DNA of 64,000 bases from assembly GCA_964199315.1 (NCBI GenBank), contig OZ116702.1, positions 15,128,001 through 15,192,000 of the forward strand, written 5' to 3'. Made by a program: the position numbers and the translations under genes. This document shows positions 1 to 12,133 of the stretch, one piece after another (the stretch's first letter is position 1; each line of letters begins with the position of its first letter). Source of the DNA: Orbicella franksi. Taxonomy: Eukaryota. The notes below the pieces were generated by a model. It saw only the letters and a list, made by a program, of their open reading frames with translations, had not been told where the DNA came from and did not search any database.

Positions 1-2015
1 TTGAGATACAGATCGTGATATTCACCCAAGTTCTCAATCTCAAACTCATTCCACACTCTCTCAGCGTGATGGTAATCCTCATCAGAGATGTGAGAATCAT
101 TGAGTCTCAAATAAAATGCTTCTTTAGGAGGCAATTGATTTTCTTTGAACTTTTTGAAATCACTCGTGTAATCGTAAGGATAAACTCCCTTTCTCGTGAG
201 CAACTGAATCTTCTCAGGGAAATGTTTCTTGGTTAAGCAGAGATGTGTGACAATGGATTCACAGACAAGATTACTGACGAGACCATCAAGGGAGGAGGCC
301 ATAAATTTGAAGCTATCTATGAATCTGATCTCATGCTTGATTTTGACTTCTTTTCCATCCTTGTTTTCATAAGATCCCACTTCAATTTCTTTGCTGAAGC
401 TGATGTATTTTTTCTCATTATTCAGAGTGCATGTCATGTCCCCCTCGCTCTTGCCGAGATTCTTGATGAACAAATGTGAGTCGTAATTGGTGAGGTTATG
501 AAATATCACGGGAGTGAACTTTGGCTTCTTGAAATTCAAGTTACATATTTTATGCACGGCTCCTCGATATTTTCCCGTGAAATGACAGTGATCTCTGACC
601 TTGTCAATGACTCCATTTTATTCAATGGTAAATCACAGATCCAACATTTCTCTGCTCGGTTGAACTTGATCCTTTCCTCATCAGTGAATATCATCTTCTT
701 GGAAAAGTTGAATTCTTTGTGAATCTTTTTGATATCTCTTTCAAGCCTCTCAACGAAGATCCGACTGACGTCTTCATCTTCACTCTCTGCTCTGTAGATG
801 ACAGGTTCTTGAGACCACATCTCATCGTCGAAGCAAACTATGTGGTAACAAAACCCACATGGCATGTGCTTTTGATCGCTCCGTGAAACTCTTTTCACCA
901 TTGGGTTCACAAGTGTTGATCAGTTTGACCACTGCTTCAAATTCCACGTAGATGACAAAGGGAACCCTTATCGAGCGACAATGATTTTTGAATTTAATCT
1001 TCTCACCATCCTTAGGCATGATAATATTCTCCTCCTCATTTTTCCAACAATCCATTTCATGCCTTTCCAATCCATCTTCATCGTTGAAGTGATTCATGCA
1101 ATTTCTGCAGAAATACAATTTTCCATGATAAGCTGTTGCATGTATTGATACCAATCTGCTGAAGTCCTTTATCACGCAGTAGTGACCGCACTCTTTTCCT
1201 TTCCCATCACTTATGAACAATAAATTTACTGCATTCTTTTTCTTGCTGAATCTCTTAGGATATATCCTCCTTGCCTCATAACCGTATACATTGACTGAGA
1301 TCCCCTGATTTCGTTTTTCAAATGTGGATATATCATCTATCTTCACGGGAAATTCAATTCCAGTGAAATCAAGATTGTTTTCATATTCCCTGAGAGAAGA
1401 AAGTCTTTCGGGATGATTTTTAGAGGGATGCAAATGCCTCAGAACGGACCATTTGAAACATTGGTTATCATCCTTGTTTTGGATATTAATCACGGCTTTC
1501 TTTCCTTTAAGGAATTTTGGCAGTTTGATATAAGATGAACCTCTCAGGGGGATGTAATCAACCAGATGAACGTCAAGAGATAGGACTCTCTGAAACCTCC
1601 AATTGCTCCCTTGTTGATTGAAATTTTGAATTCTTTCTTCAATGGTGTCCACCATGACGTTGTATAGCTCGGATTCATTGGTCGCCTCAAGATTCACGAT
1701 CGTCTTGGTTTGGAAATGCGCTTCAAGAATTTTAATCTCTTCACTGAATAATTCTTGTCTTGTCATCTTGGAATTTAAGATCAACATCACCCTTGTCTGA
1801 CGATTCTCTCTCATGAGTCGCAATACTTCTGTTTTGCATCTTTGCATGAACTCCCTTGGTCCACTGAATGATGGACCTAAAATCCTAAATTGTCTTGTGA
1901 AACTGCACAATGCACTTGCAGTCTGAGTGACCGTGAATTGGGGGTGTCGTCTATTTATCTCTTTGATCCTGTTGATTTTCATCTCTCGCTCTGTTTCCTC
2001 CAATTCCAAGGTCAA
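1..2015 (-). pseudogene. Polinton/Maverick (adintovirus-like) protein-primed family B DNA polymerase, N-terminal and exonuclease half, frameshifted, runs off the window edge
   Basis: ORFs 822-2015 and 536-910 plus an open minus frame from ~620 to 1 join into GSSYIKLP...NIQNKDDNQCFKW...CWICD...VRDHCHFTGKYRGAVHKICN...FHNLTNYDSH...FIDSFKFMASSLD...RKGVYPYDY...LGEYHDLYL, which are pPolB exonuclease-region motifs. Frameshifts near 870 and 620. Confidence 0.9.
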
Positions 2016-2254
2016 CTGACACGACCTGGCCCAGAATGCCCATTATCTAACTACTGCTAATTATAAAAAAGTTGTGATACTAATTATAGGAATTTTCCCA
2101 CTGTCTGTCTCATGCTATGCAGCTCAGCAATGGCGCTTTCATGCTCTTTTCAGAGAATAACTGGAACAGACTGCTCATTTGATAGGCTAGATAAAAGCAA
2201 GAGCCTTGAAATTGTTACTTTACACAATTGCTCAAAGGATATTTAGAATCATTG

Positions 2255-2440
2255 TTCTCACTGATCATTTTCTGGAGTGACAACGGAAAGTGAACTTATA
2301 CTTGCTAGAGTGGGTATTTTCTGCGAGGACAAGACGCAGAGATTAGACACAATCTGCCCACACCACAGACATGAACTCGGACTTAGCTGGCGGCGAAACA
2401 CTTTCAAGTGCTGTGTGCCACAAATCGTATCCCAACATGG
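2255..2440 (+). pseudogene. Cys/His-rich fragment resembling N-terminal regions of invertebrate transposon ORFs
   Basis: Translates ESELILARVGIF...ICPHHRHELGLSWRR...CCVP; only ~60 aa, with an abrupt junction to the APE fragment. Confidence 0.4.
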
Positions 2441-2650
2441 AGCAAATTGAATGTGAGAGGTCTCAGAGATACGGTTAAGAGAAGGAGCATTTTTACGTAT
2501 TTGAAAGATCAGGAAGCCAATTTTTATTTTCTGCAAGAAACGTTTTCCAAAGTAAGCAACGAAGCCGTTTGGAGAAATGAATGGGGAGGTGAAATTTACT
2601 TTTCTCACGGGACTTCTCATAGCAAAGGTGTTTGTATCTTGATTAATCGA
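2441..2650 (+). mobile_element. L1/Tx1-type LINE AP-endonuclease N-terminal fragment
   Basis: LNVRGLRDTVKRRSIF...FLQETF...WRNEWGGEIYFSHGTSHSKGVCILI matches the start of L1/Tx1 APE domains; truncated. Confidence 0.85.
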
Positions 2651-3628
2651 ATTTATTCAATAAAAGTATTTTACGCTTTTTTTTGTGCAGTGTTTTATGA
2701 TTTTTTTTGTTTCATGATTTACAAATTTGGTCATGAGAACTACTTCGTCTTTCCTCTCAACACGTTCCTCCCTGCCAACAGCGTTTTCCTCATCTGCCTC
2801 ATCCGTTTTGCTTTCTTCTTGAATTCTTCCAGTGAGATCCTCCAAAGGAGCTGCATTGTTTAGGAGTGTCCGTTGCCCGTAGGCGCTGATGAGCAGAGTG
2901 CCTGGGTTATCCTTGGTCGACTTTGCTCCGATGCTCAGTTGTCGTGTGCTGTTACCATAGGTTGTTGCCTGATGCCTGATCTTCACCACATCCTCTTTGC
3001 TTCCTTTTCTTGCCACAGGACAAGGGACCTTTGGAATGTCTTCAAAGCTAAACATCCCTTTAGGAACATCATAATAGGAGTCTTGCAAGGTGAAATAGCT
3101 GAAGCCACAATTGCTAATTCGCGTGAGAGCTTCTTCTACAGCAGCAGAAAACTGATAGCAGAACTGTTGAACTGTTGGCATCTCATACATGGATCTCAGT
3201 TTTGAGTTGAAATGCTCCATGAGAAGAATTACCAAAGCTTTAATATCTACTTTGCTTAAAGTGCCTATAAACCCAAAAATCATTTTTGGCTCATGTAAAT
3301 CTTTGTATATTTCTGAGTAAAATGGCAAAAAAATTTTTATTTTCAGTCAAAACTGGAATTTTTTATGAATTTTTGAAGTCCGGGTTTGTCTGCCCCACGA
3401 CCGGGTAAAAGGGAGACTGGGGCTAGTGACATAAAACCCGCACATTAGCAACAGGGAAAACAAAGCAATAACAGAGACAAAACAACAAAAGCGGAGACGT
3501 AGTTTTCGTTGTATGCGGATGAAAACAATTTTTATTTGGCCAACATTTGTAATTAGCATACACGTTGATCAAGAAATGGCTTCAAACAACTTCAGTTTGT
3601 CCTCCAGTTCGATTCTGAAGTCTCAGAA

Positions 3629-4175
3629 ATGGAAGATTACGAGTTGGAAGTCGAAGGTTCGCCAAACTCGAGCTACATGGCTAGCGACGAGGAAGGCATG
3701 CAAGAGGCATATGCCAACGATCTGCTAGCAGACGAAGAATGGTTAGCGTTGTATGAAAGGGACAGAAAGGAGGAAGAGGTGCTAGAGATGCTCCAAAAGC
3801 GCCTTAATGGTACAGAAAAAGTCCGAAATTGGTAAGTTGCTATGATAATCGCACTCCTGTCGTTGCAATCAACAAGTGCGAGTTTGTTGTTGTCAACATC
3901 CAAAGTGTTACATCTACATTTTCATGCCCTAAATATTACTTCCATGTGAATTTCATTTGCAGGTGTCAGTGCGGAAATTGCGACCTTCAGTTTTTGCAAA
4001 ATATCAGCGAGTGTTACTGCTGTTGTGAGCTGGAGGGATGCGTGGAAGCTCTGACTAGCAACCTGCTGCTTCAAGACCTTCCTGAAGACGCCAAGCTTAC
4101 ATGCATTACTCAGCATCCAGGCTTTAACCCTGTCTGCCTGCAGAAATGGAGCCTGCGGTTAGCATCACACAAGTA
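3629..4175 (+). pseudogene. Spliced P2X7 C-terminal ballast/nanor-like cysteine-rich protein, 3' truncated
   Basis: Exon 1 3629-3831 (TG|gtaagt) and exon 2 from ~3963 (gcag|GTGT) splice to NWCQCGNC...ECYCCCE...CITQHPGFNPVCLQKWSL. Confidence 0.8.
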
Positions 4176-4399
4176 CATTGCATCTTTGTCTCTGAAATAA
4201 TGGAGACAGGTCGCAGTTAGTATTTGCACTTGAACATACAGTACTCTGCGCAACCGTGAATGAAAAGGAAAATGAAAGAAACAATCTCAATCAACGATAA
4301 AAAACCTCAGCTCGTTTCGAAAGGTAGACTGACCGATACTGAAAAATATCTCGCCTTTCGTTTGCTTTGTTCGCTTTCAGATTCATCTGCAGCTTTGTT

Positions 4400-4701
4400 G
4401 CTTGAAAGACGAGCATGCTTGTTGGAAAAACGCAAGCTCCGATTTCGTCCCTCTTGAGCCTCCAAATCAGATCATTGGCAAATCAGTTTGTGTATGCTTC
4501 CTCTGAGAAGTGCTCAGAGCACATCGCCAAATGCTTGCTGGGTTCCCAATGTGCCCATTCTGATTTTACAAAATCGATCCACTTTCTCCTTCGCCTCTGC
4601 TTTTTGGAGTCAGCTTTACCATAAAAAGGTATGGGATGAAGCAGTATCCCTTTCTCTTTGTTGCAAACATTGCTACAACCAAAAACAACACATCTCTCAG
4701 G
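4400..4701 (-). pseudogene. THAP zinc-finger domain remnant
   Basis: MPERCVVFGCSN...LHPIP...KWIDFV...MCSEHF is the C2CH THAP signature, followed by an in-frame stop. Confidence 0.85.
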
Positions 4702-5371
4702 CATATTGCTTCGGTTCTGGTCAGCTATGATCAAAATCACAACACGCTGTAACATGCGAAAATCATAGTCCGGGTTTTACATCACAAATTACACTCGACC
4801 CATTCCCTTTCTGCAAGTTCTGCGGCTTGGCAATGGGTTATTGAATCTCGATTTTCCGCCACTTTAAAAATTCATAGAAAATTCCGGTTTTGACCAAAAA
4901 CAAAAATTTTTGGGCTATTTTGCTCAGAATTATAAAAGATTTGTTTAAGCCAAAAATAATGTCAACTGAAAGAGTATAAGCAAGGATATAATTTTGGGAT
5001 GCAATTCTTTCCAATTAATTTGAGTAGCAAAAAAACCAAAACGTCAAATGCTTTGTAATCTACAAAATGACGAGATATCGTAAAGATGGTTTTTGAAATG
5101 CACAGATACTTTACTTAACATATTTTTAATCAGCGTAAAGTAACAACTCCAATTTTCCAAAAAAAACATAGACACAGAAGGGTAATCTGAACAAAAATGA
5201 AAAGTTGTGAACCACAACTAACCTAACAAGCTGCCTTCTGGGTCTAGCAGTAGGCTTCCCACCACTTTCCACTGTTCAACGGCATTAGCTGCAGAATTTT
5301 TTTTGCCCTTCTGAACGTAAACAGAAATATCATAGACTGGCATCTTCCAAAGTACGTCCAGTCCCCCAATT

Positions 5372-6478
5372 TGGGACCGGCCAAATTTGTTTGTTAAATT
5401 GAGGGTTCGTTATACTGAAAACCTCAATATAACGAATTTGAGGGGAAACGATCAAAATGTTCATTATATCAAGCTCATAGTTAATGATTGATTTGTAACA
5501 CAGGTGACTTCTGTCATGCAATTCAATGCAATTTTTGTCACCCAGAAGTGCTGCATTTTGAGATGCAATTCATTAAGCATGGTGGCTTTCGATATCAATT
5601 ATTTTCACTTTTGAGCAGACACGCACCTTTTGTTTACAAAAGAACGACACTTTCAGAGTAGCGATTAAAAAATGTTGCAACATAGAGGTTATACAGAAAA
5701 TTGTCTATGTAAACAAGGAAACATTGCAATTCATTATATCAAAAATGTTCGGTGTGCAGCCAGGCTGTTAAAAATTGGTAAAAAAGGAAAGGAATTAAAT
5801 GGTTGTCACTGGCTAAAAATATGGTTATCGGACGTTTCGGCCACTACTGTTGCCTTCTTCAGCAAAAGATGGAAAATGCAAATGTTAAACGGCGTCCTGC
5901 TAGAATATGTAATAGATGTGTGATAAAACTAAATGAGCAATAGTCTCTAGAGTATTCTTAATGAGTGTAAAAATTCTTAATGCCATTGTACACGTTCGGT
6001 AGCGCTGTGTGTTCGTTTATAGCGTTCCTGTCTCGCACAGAATGCCAAGCTTCAAGAATTAGTCTTTGTTTCCATACTGATGATGTCGACAATTTCAATG
6101 TTCTCCAAATCTATTTGGTGACCGTTGAGCATATGGTGTTTGGCCAATAAAGAGTTTTTGTCCAATGTTGCTATAGCCTTTGCGTGTTCTTTCATACGTG
6201 TTTTTAACGCACATGATGACTGACCAACATAAACACAGTCACAATCTTTACATTTGATCTTGTAAACAATGCCTCTGGAAGCCTCTTTCTCGATCTTGTC
6301 TCTAGGTTTTTCCGAAAGAGTCGCAAACGTTCTTCGACGTTTCAATATCAAGGTCGCCCATAAACCTATTCATACCATCTCGAACATACTCAAAAAATAT
6401 ATGGGGATATTGTTCGAATATCATTTGTTATATCGAGGTCTTCGTTAAATAGAGGTTCATTAAATTGAGGTTCCACTG
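5372..6478. mobile_element. Tc1/pogo-type MITE, left TIR lost, containing a Penelope fragment
   Basis: Right end ...ttcgttaaatagaggttc...aaattgaggttccactg|TA, with repeated gttcgttatatcgagg-like subterminal motifs at both ends. Confidence 0.65.
5935..6390 (-). mobile_element. Penelope-like retroelement 3' fragment (GIY-YIG endonuclease)
   Basis: GIVYKIKCKDCDCVYVGQS...LKTRMKEH...LAKHH...HQIDLEN, then LILEAWHS in a shifted frame. Confidence 0.88.
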
Positions 6479-7063
6479 TAGTTTAATATAGCAATAAATT
6501 CTCTGTAATGAATTCACTTTTTACATGACAGAAATCAAAGTGATGAAAATGTATTCCATTGCACCAAAAGAAAGTATACATACAATTTTACCTACCAGTA
6601 TTCTTTGACCATGCCTACCTACCATACAGTTTTTCCCTGGTCTATGATAATGACCTGTTTTAACGATTACTAGCACTGCATGAAATAACAAATATTAGGG
6701 GATATAAGGTGCCCATATATGTGATGTATACGGAGTAATATACTGGCATATAAGGATATTGATGTATAAGGACTGAGTAATCAGCAGCATACGTTTGACT
6801 CCTTATTTCTTTGTATACTGAATGTTACACATAACTGTACACTAAGTGTTAGGACATCGTATATCCATTACTTCACCAACAATTACGAAGATGTAATTAT
6901 GTAAATTCACAAAATTTACTTATCTTCAACTACTGAAGGTATTTAACGCGACATATGTGAACAAGCAACAGAAGTTTTCAGTCAACTCTGATAAACTTGA
7001 ACAGTTCCCACCCCAAAGTCAAACGGCACTAGCTAAATACAGAGACTCATTCCGCACCGTCTG

Positions 7064-7970
7064 ATGAAAGATTATCATCTTTTCCTTGCTGATCTGCAGC
7101 ATCTAGATTGTATAAAAGTTTCCTCTTTCTGTCAAGAGCCTTCATCAAAGTGTCTTAGACTCTGCAGAGTTCAGGAACACAAGCAAAACATGGAACCCAT
7201 GGCAAGCAAAGTTTGCAAATGCATAGGCAATGCAGTTTACAATGAGGAGCCAATACAGTGCTTTCCAGGGATTGGTGCAGAAGACAAATTTGTCTTTAAC
7301 AACGCAAGCAGCTTAAAGTTGTTTAGTTTACTTTCTGTTGAGAGAAGAAGAGAGGACGAAACCACATACGAGCCAGTGAGAAATGATATATTAGAGTATC
7401 TGGAAAATGTTTGGCACGTAGAGAAGAACTTTAAAGGATGCTACAGCGAGGACTATCGCACATTTACATCGTCAAAAACAGCGTGTACTGACAAGTACAG
7501 TGTATCCATTTTCCAAGAAAATGAGGATTGGAAATCAGCGAAACCTTTGGAGAGATTTGATCATAAGCCCCTCCCAGACTACAAGAGATGGAGAGACCAG
7601 GGAGCTTCATTACCTCAGTTGTGAGGCAAGACGTGAAATTCCAAGGGGACCTTGGGATGAGTGTCCTGGATTATTTCTTCCAGAAAAAACACTGGAATTT
7701 GCTTTCCATGTCTTACCTTCTCCCCTGGAAGAAGAATTGAAGGTAATAGCCCATCCAGCTTGGATCCCTGTCAACGATGCATCACAGTTTTTATGCCAAA
7801 GCGCAAAAAGAATTAAGACAGCAAAAAGAAGATTTGAAATGCAAGGCTTGGAAGTTGCATCCTCTCTACAAAGAAAACAAGGCAACCCTCATTGAGAGAG
7901 CAGGAGGCTGTTCGAACCTGAACTTAAACAAGTACAAACTGGTGCAGCAAGTAACCCAATTCGCTTAAAT
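7064..7970 (+). pseudogene. Uncharacterised, probably transposase-derived C-terminal ORF remnants
   Basis: Overlapping ORFs 7064-7624, 7500-7895 and 7777-7968 chain through frameshifts (PLPDYKRW...ELHY...WDECPGLFLP). No diagnostic motif recognised. Confidence 0.35.
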
Positions 7971-7974
7971 GACG

Positions 7975-8420
7975 AAACTGCCCTGCTGTTATAAAGAGGC
8001 TAAGGACTGGAATACAAAGCAGACTGGGGGCAATCTTTGACAGACAATATTCTACAATAAATTAATGAGGTCCTTGGATGCCGAGGTGCCGTTACAATGA
8101 AACACGCTGTTCATGCTGGGACAGTCAGGGAAAAAGACAAAGAAAGTACTGGCACCTCCACAAATGTTCAAGGTAGTTCGGAAAGAGGAGAGCAGGAGAA
8201 GCAGCCAGATCAACAGACAAGAGGTGAGAGAAAAAAGAGCAAGAAGCAGCAGTGGTTGGAAGACCAGGAAGACAAGGAACACGGCTTCTTTAAACATATG
8301 ATGGGTGACATGAAGCAACAAAGACAGGACATGAAGGATTTCATGTCGTCCTTTCAACAGAAGGAAAATCAACAAATGTAAACCATTGACACATTTCTTG
8401 GTGCTATGACCCAATTCCTC
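7975..8420 (+). pseudogene. Myb/SANT-like (trihelix) protein C-terminal remnant of the Harbinger ORF2 type
   Basis: YKEAKDWNTKQTGG...FYNKINEVLGCR followed by a charged linker and coiled-coil tail (ORF 8097-8381); internal stops. Confidence 0.55.
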
Positions 8421-8879
8421 TAGTCCAGTTAGGCTAACAACAACAATATCGACAAGGAATGACTCAGGTCAATGAGAAAGGAAACTTTCAACGGAACTTT
8501 ATTATTATATATAAATCGCCGTTCATAAGGAGTCATTCTGTTTTGTTCTGAACGCTCATTTTACACAAGCAAATACGAATTTGATTAATGCTTATAAGCT
8601 ATGATTTTTCATGAACAAGAACTGTAACAAAACTTATGTGAATTCACATTTATTTGTTTATCTTGTGATGCTTGAGGTGTTTCCTAGTCAATGTAGTCCA
8701 TGAGGGCATCCCTAACATCCTTACCATCTCTGATTATGTCATTACACTGCTGTCTGTTATTTGGGTCTTGATCATCTGGAGCATTATCACCATCCCAGTA
8801 GTCATCAGCATTCATGTAGAAATGTATTTTCCTTCGGACGTTCAGCATGAGTACGCATGTGATTTATGCTAACACATCT

Positions 8880-9720
8880 TGTGTTAGCACATGGAGTCTC
8901 TCAAGACTCCAGTTGGAATATATATAAGGAGTGAATAGGTGATATATTCACCAAGTGCGACACTACTCGACAGTGCTTGTAGTTTTCTTGTTTGTTTCAT
9001 CGTGTTTGAGATGCCCTCGAGTCCCGAAACTTTGAAGAACCCTAAAGAGTCTGCTACAGAGGACGTTTTCGGACGTTTTAAAACGTACCTTGACCACAAG
9101 ATTGAAAATCTCTCATTGGGATTAAGCTCGCAATCGTCAAGTGAAACTGGAAAATTGCAAAGAGCCTCTAAGGCTGGCAAGCTTAAGTTCCAAGGCAACA
9201 AAGACCAGTCCTTGTTTAACTCCGAACTTCAGGCGACGGTAGACGAAGCCGCTAACTTTCTTGGCTTGCACGACGTCGACAAAGCTGGTAAAAAGGTGAT
9301 GACTTAAGAAAAAGTTTGCGACATCGTCAGAAGATCATAACACTCGCAGACAAGAGCGAAGCAGGTTGGCTTGCAGTGAAGGAATATGAGGCGGAGGAGT
9401 TAGCTAGTGATTCGGACGACAAGAAGAGGATCAGGAAGGCGCAGGAGAGAGCTTTGAAGAAGAAGCAAGATGCTTTTAAGAAAGGCGAGAAGAATGACTC
9501 CCCTCTACACTCATACTTCTCGCGCTGCTGACGACCGGTCTCTTTCTCGAGGTATGCTCCTTGCCCTTTATTTGTTTTTTCAACGTGGCAGGCAGGTGCT
9601 CTCACTCTGCCTGCCTTACAGTCTTGTGTATTTGTGTTATGCTTCAGCGTTCTGGAGAAGGAAAATGATTTTCTTTCATACGAACGGAGTGAGGGAGAAG
9701 GAATGTTGTACAAAACAGCA
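8880..9720 (+). mobile_element. DIRS/Ngaro tyrosine-recombinase retrotransposon gag fragment, internally deleted
   Basis: LKFQGNKDQ..FN...RHRQKIITLADKSEAGWLAVKEYEAEELASDSDDKKRIRKAQERA is characteristic of DIRS-group ORF1. No RT or YR follows. Confidence 0.75.
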
Positions 9721-9949
9721 CAGGCTACTGCTACTTTGGAAGAATATTTCTCACATATTTTTTCACACATTGCATTATTTCAAAAATCCTTTTGCCACTA
9801 TAACTCGTTATGGTTGAGGGTACAAGATATTAATCAGTGACATCCAAATTTCACACACACTGAGGCGTAAAACTGAGAACAGTGTCATAATTGCAAAGTT
9901 TTGTAGCCATAAAGTGAAAACCAGCCTTTACAAAGCATGGATAAAGCTG

Positions 9950-10150
9950 TTAAACATCAAAGCAACTGATTTGTTCTGTGGGATCGAAAGACCGGCTATT
10001 CCTCAATGAGAATTTAACCAAGTATCAAACCAGCAAACCAAAGACGAAGAGATGGATGCATAAGAAGTGTGTGGACAATGGATGGTAAAGCTTATGTTAG
10101 AACTTCCCCTGACAGGAATCCTACCACAATCTTCTCAGAAAATGACTTAG
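9950..10150 (+). mobile_element. CR1/L2-type LINE ORF1 C-terminal fragment
   Basis: RLFLNENLTKY...VWTMDGKAYVRTSPD...IFSENDL, with frameshifts. Confidence 0.55.
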
Positions 10151-10484
10151 ATGCCCTTTAAAATGTACTAATAATAGAGCTGAAGACAGGGAGGGTAGGA
10201 AGGGTACGCTCTTGCTTAGGAGGATTTTGCTGAAGGCCATGTCTCTTGAATAACTTTTTTAATTTTCATTGCTTTTCTTTGCTTCACCAGCATACGATTT
10301 AATTCCCTATTATAACCAGCTACGATCGACAAATTCTGTAATCAGTCATCAGCAATATTATCTGCTGATAATATAGCTGAAAGGTTGTTATGCTACTGCT
10401 ATAACTATCTTCCTCCCTCCAAAATATTAAGGTTTGCAAAATGTAGTATCTACTTTTACTCAAAATCTACATGGTCAAAATTTC

Positions 10485-10530
10485 TATTATTATTATTATT
10501 ATCATTATTATTAGTAGTAGTAGTATTATT
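10485..10530. repeat. (TTA/GTA)n microsatellite
   Basis: Direct reading: attattattattattatcattattattagtagtagtagtattatta. Confidence 0.9.
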
Positions 10531-12133
10531 ACATAAGCTTTCCAGTAAAGATTCGCTCTTTTTAAGATCATATGCATAACTGTTCACCATGATAATTTTA
10601 TTGTTAGACTTGAGACTAATTTTCGACGAAACTTGTTCACAAATGTATACACTGTAACCTAACCTGAATTTAAAAAGCGATTGATTTTCTCTTTAGAGGT
10701 ATCAGTAAAAGATAAGTCTTAAGAAACACACGTTTAGTCAACATAACGGTACAATATTTTAATGCCAAAATTTTTGACAACTTCAAGTAGCATTGATCTT
10801 GCTGTCACACAATGAAGGAGGCAACGGACTTGCCTTCCACTCTTTGGGTTTTTGAACTGTTAAGATATTCCAAAACGTTTTTGCTTTCAGAAAGTCTGGA
10901 AAATTATATCATACCTATCAATATTAAGAAAGACATTCGGGGAGGAGTGACATTGTAGTCCGACAGTTACTTAGAGCCATTATTTTTATCATTTCAAAGC
11001 CAATAATTGATGTCTTAATATACTTTTAAAAGTTATTTTTGCAGGTTTGTCTAAGCGTCTTTACCTCGTTCCATGGAATTTCCCAAAACTGGATTAGAAT
11101 CGTCCAAAAGAAAGAGGACATTGGAGACGGGTGGGGAAAGCATGCAAACTGGCCAAACCAACTAAGCGAGGAAACAACATAAAAGGTGGACCCCACGATT
11201 ATGAACTCAGAAAGAGACTCACTAGCATTGTATTATGACCCTTGAGAAAAACTGAAGGAATATACTAGTTATTCTCCAGTTGTAATATTATTTTTACTAT
11301 TAACTTTGTTAATCACGCTATCCCTTTACTACTACCCTGGTGCCTGTCATTCAGAGTGGAAATTCTTACAAGTCATATATAGTATTTCAGCAATAATTTT
11401 AGTCTGTAGCTTATTTCAATAACATCACTGCAAGCAACTGAGGTACCGGCAATGTATGGAGTAACTAAAAAGAAACACACCTGCAAGGTACATTGATGTC
11501 ACGGTCTTCTTTGAAACAGCATAGTTACGATCCGAAATGAATGAGTGGCATTTAAGTGGGAACTGGTTGCCTCAAGTAATTAAGTTCTTGTACAATTATT
11601 GTTAATCTTAAGTATTATGCTAAAATTTTTACCACTGTACATAGTAGCATGATGCACGTCCATACTGTTTGCTGACTGCTGACCACAGTTTCATATATTC
11701 TGTAACTTTATTGCAATATTTTTTCCGCTTGGCCCAGCCACTTAGCTCGATTAGCCTTAGCTATTTCTAAGTGGCTGTGCTCTGTTTTTCATTGCTATTT
11801 TTTCACATTGCATGTATTTATTTTTATTGTAAAATTTTTCTGGGCACGAAATAAAGATTGTTGTTGTTGTATGCAAAGACTGCTAAGAATTTTATTACTC
11901 TTTTTGTTTTAGCAAGGAGTGGAACTGAAAATAACATTGGTAAGCTAAAGAGTATAGCCTATACAATTGTTTTGGTCTTCATGATGAGCAGTTGTCACCA
12001 GTTAATTGTGAACATCATTTAGTATCAAACCCTTCCTTGCATGGAACCATTGTTAACTATATTGTAATAGGAATGTTAAGTAAACTCAATTACAGTCACC
12101 TTAATCTAATGGCCATTTGTTAAACATTCTCAC

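Larger units (their letters stand above)
3260..5114. mobile_element. Internally deleted Kolobok-like DNA transposon
   Basis: TTAA|AGTGCC left end, TTAA at 5115-5118, and an imperfect ~100 bp inverted repeat (3279-3380 vs ~4860-4960, e.g. gtcaaaactggaattttttatgaattttt / aaaaattcatagaaaattccggttttgac). It carries THAP and P2X7-C-like remnants. The exact right end is uncertain by ~4 nt. Confidence 0.65.
2657..5370 (-). pseudogene. Uncharacterised transposon-like gene, C-terminal part, interrupted by the Kolobok-like element
   Basis: Coding at 2657-3259 (KVDIKAL...EHFNSKLR...MPTVQQFCYQF...YFT...TKDNPGTL). Joining at TTAA 3256-3259/5115-5118 gives the open frame DYPSVSMFFLENWSCYFTLIKNMLSKVDIKAL behind a ttttgttcag acceptor. 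The first ~23 aa of track ORF 2657-3328 come from the inserted element. Confidence 0.5.

Noticed and set aside
3629-4200. Host P2RX7 gene
   Set aside because: Only the Cys-rich tail domain is present, with no channel or transmembrane region, and it lies inside a TE.
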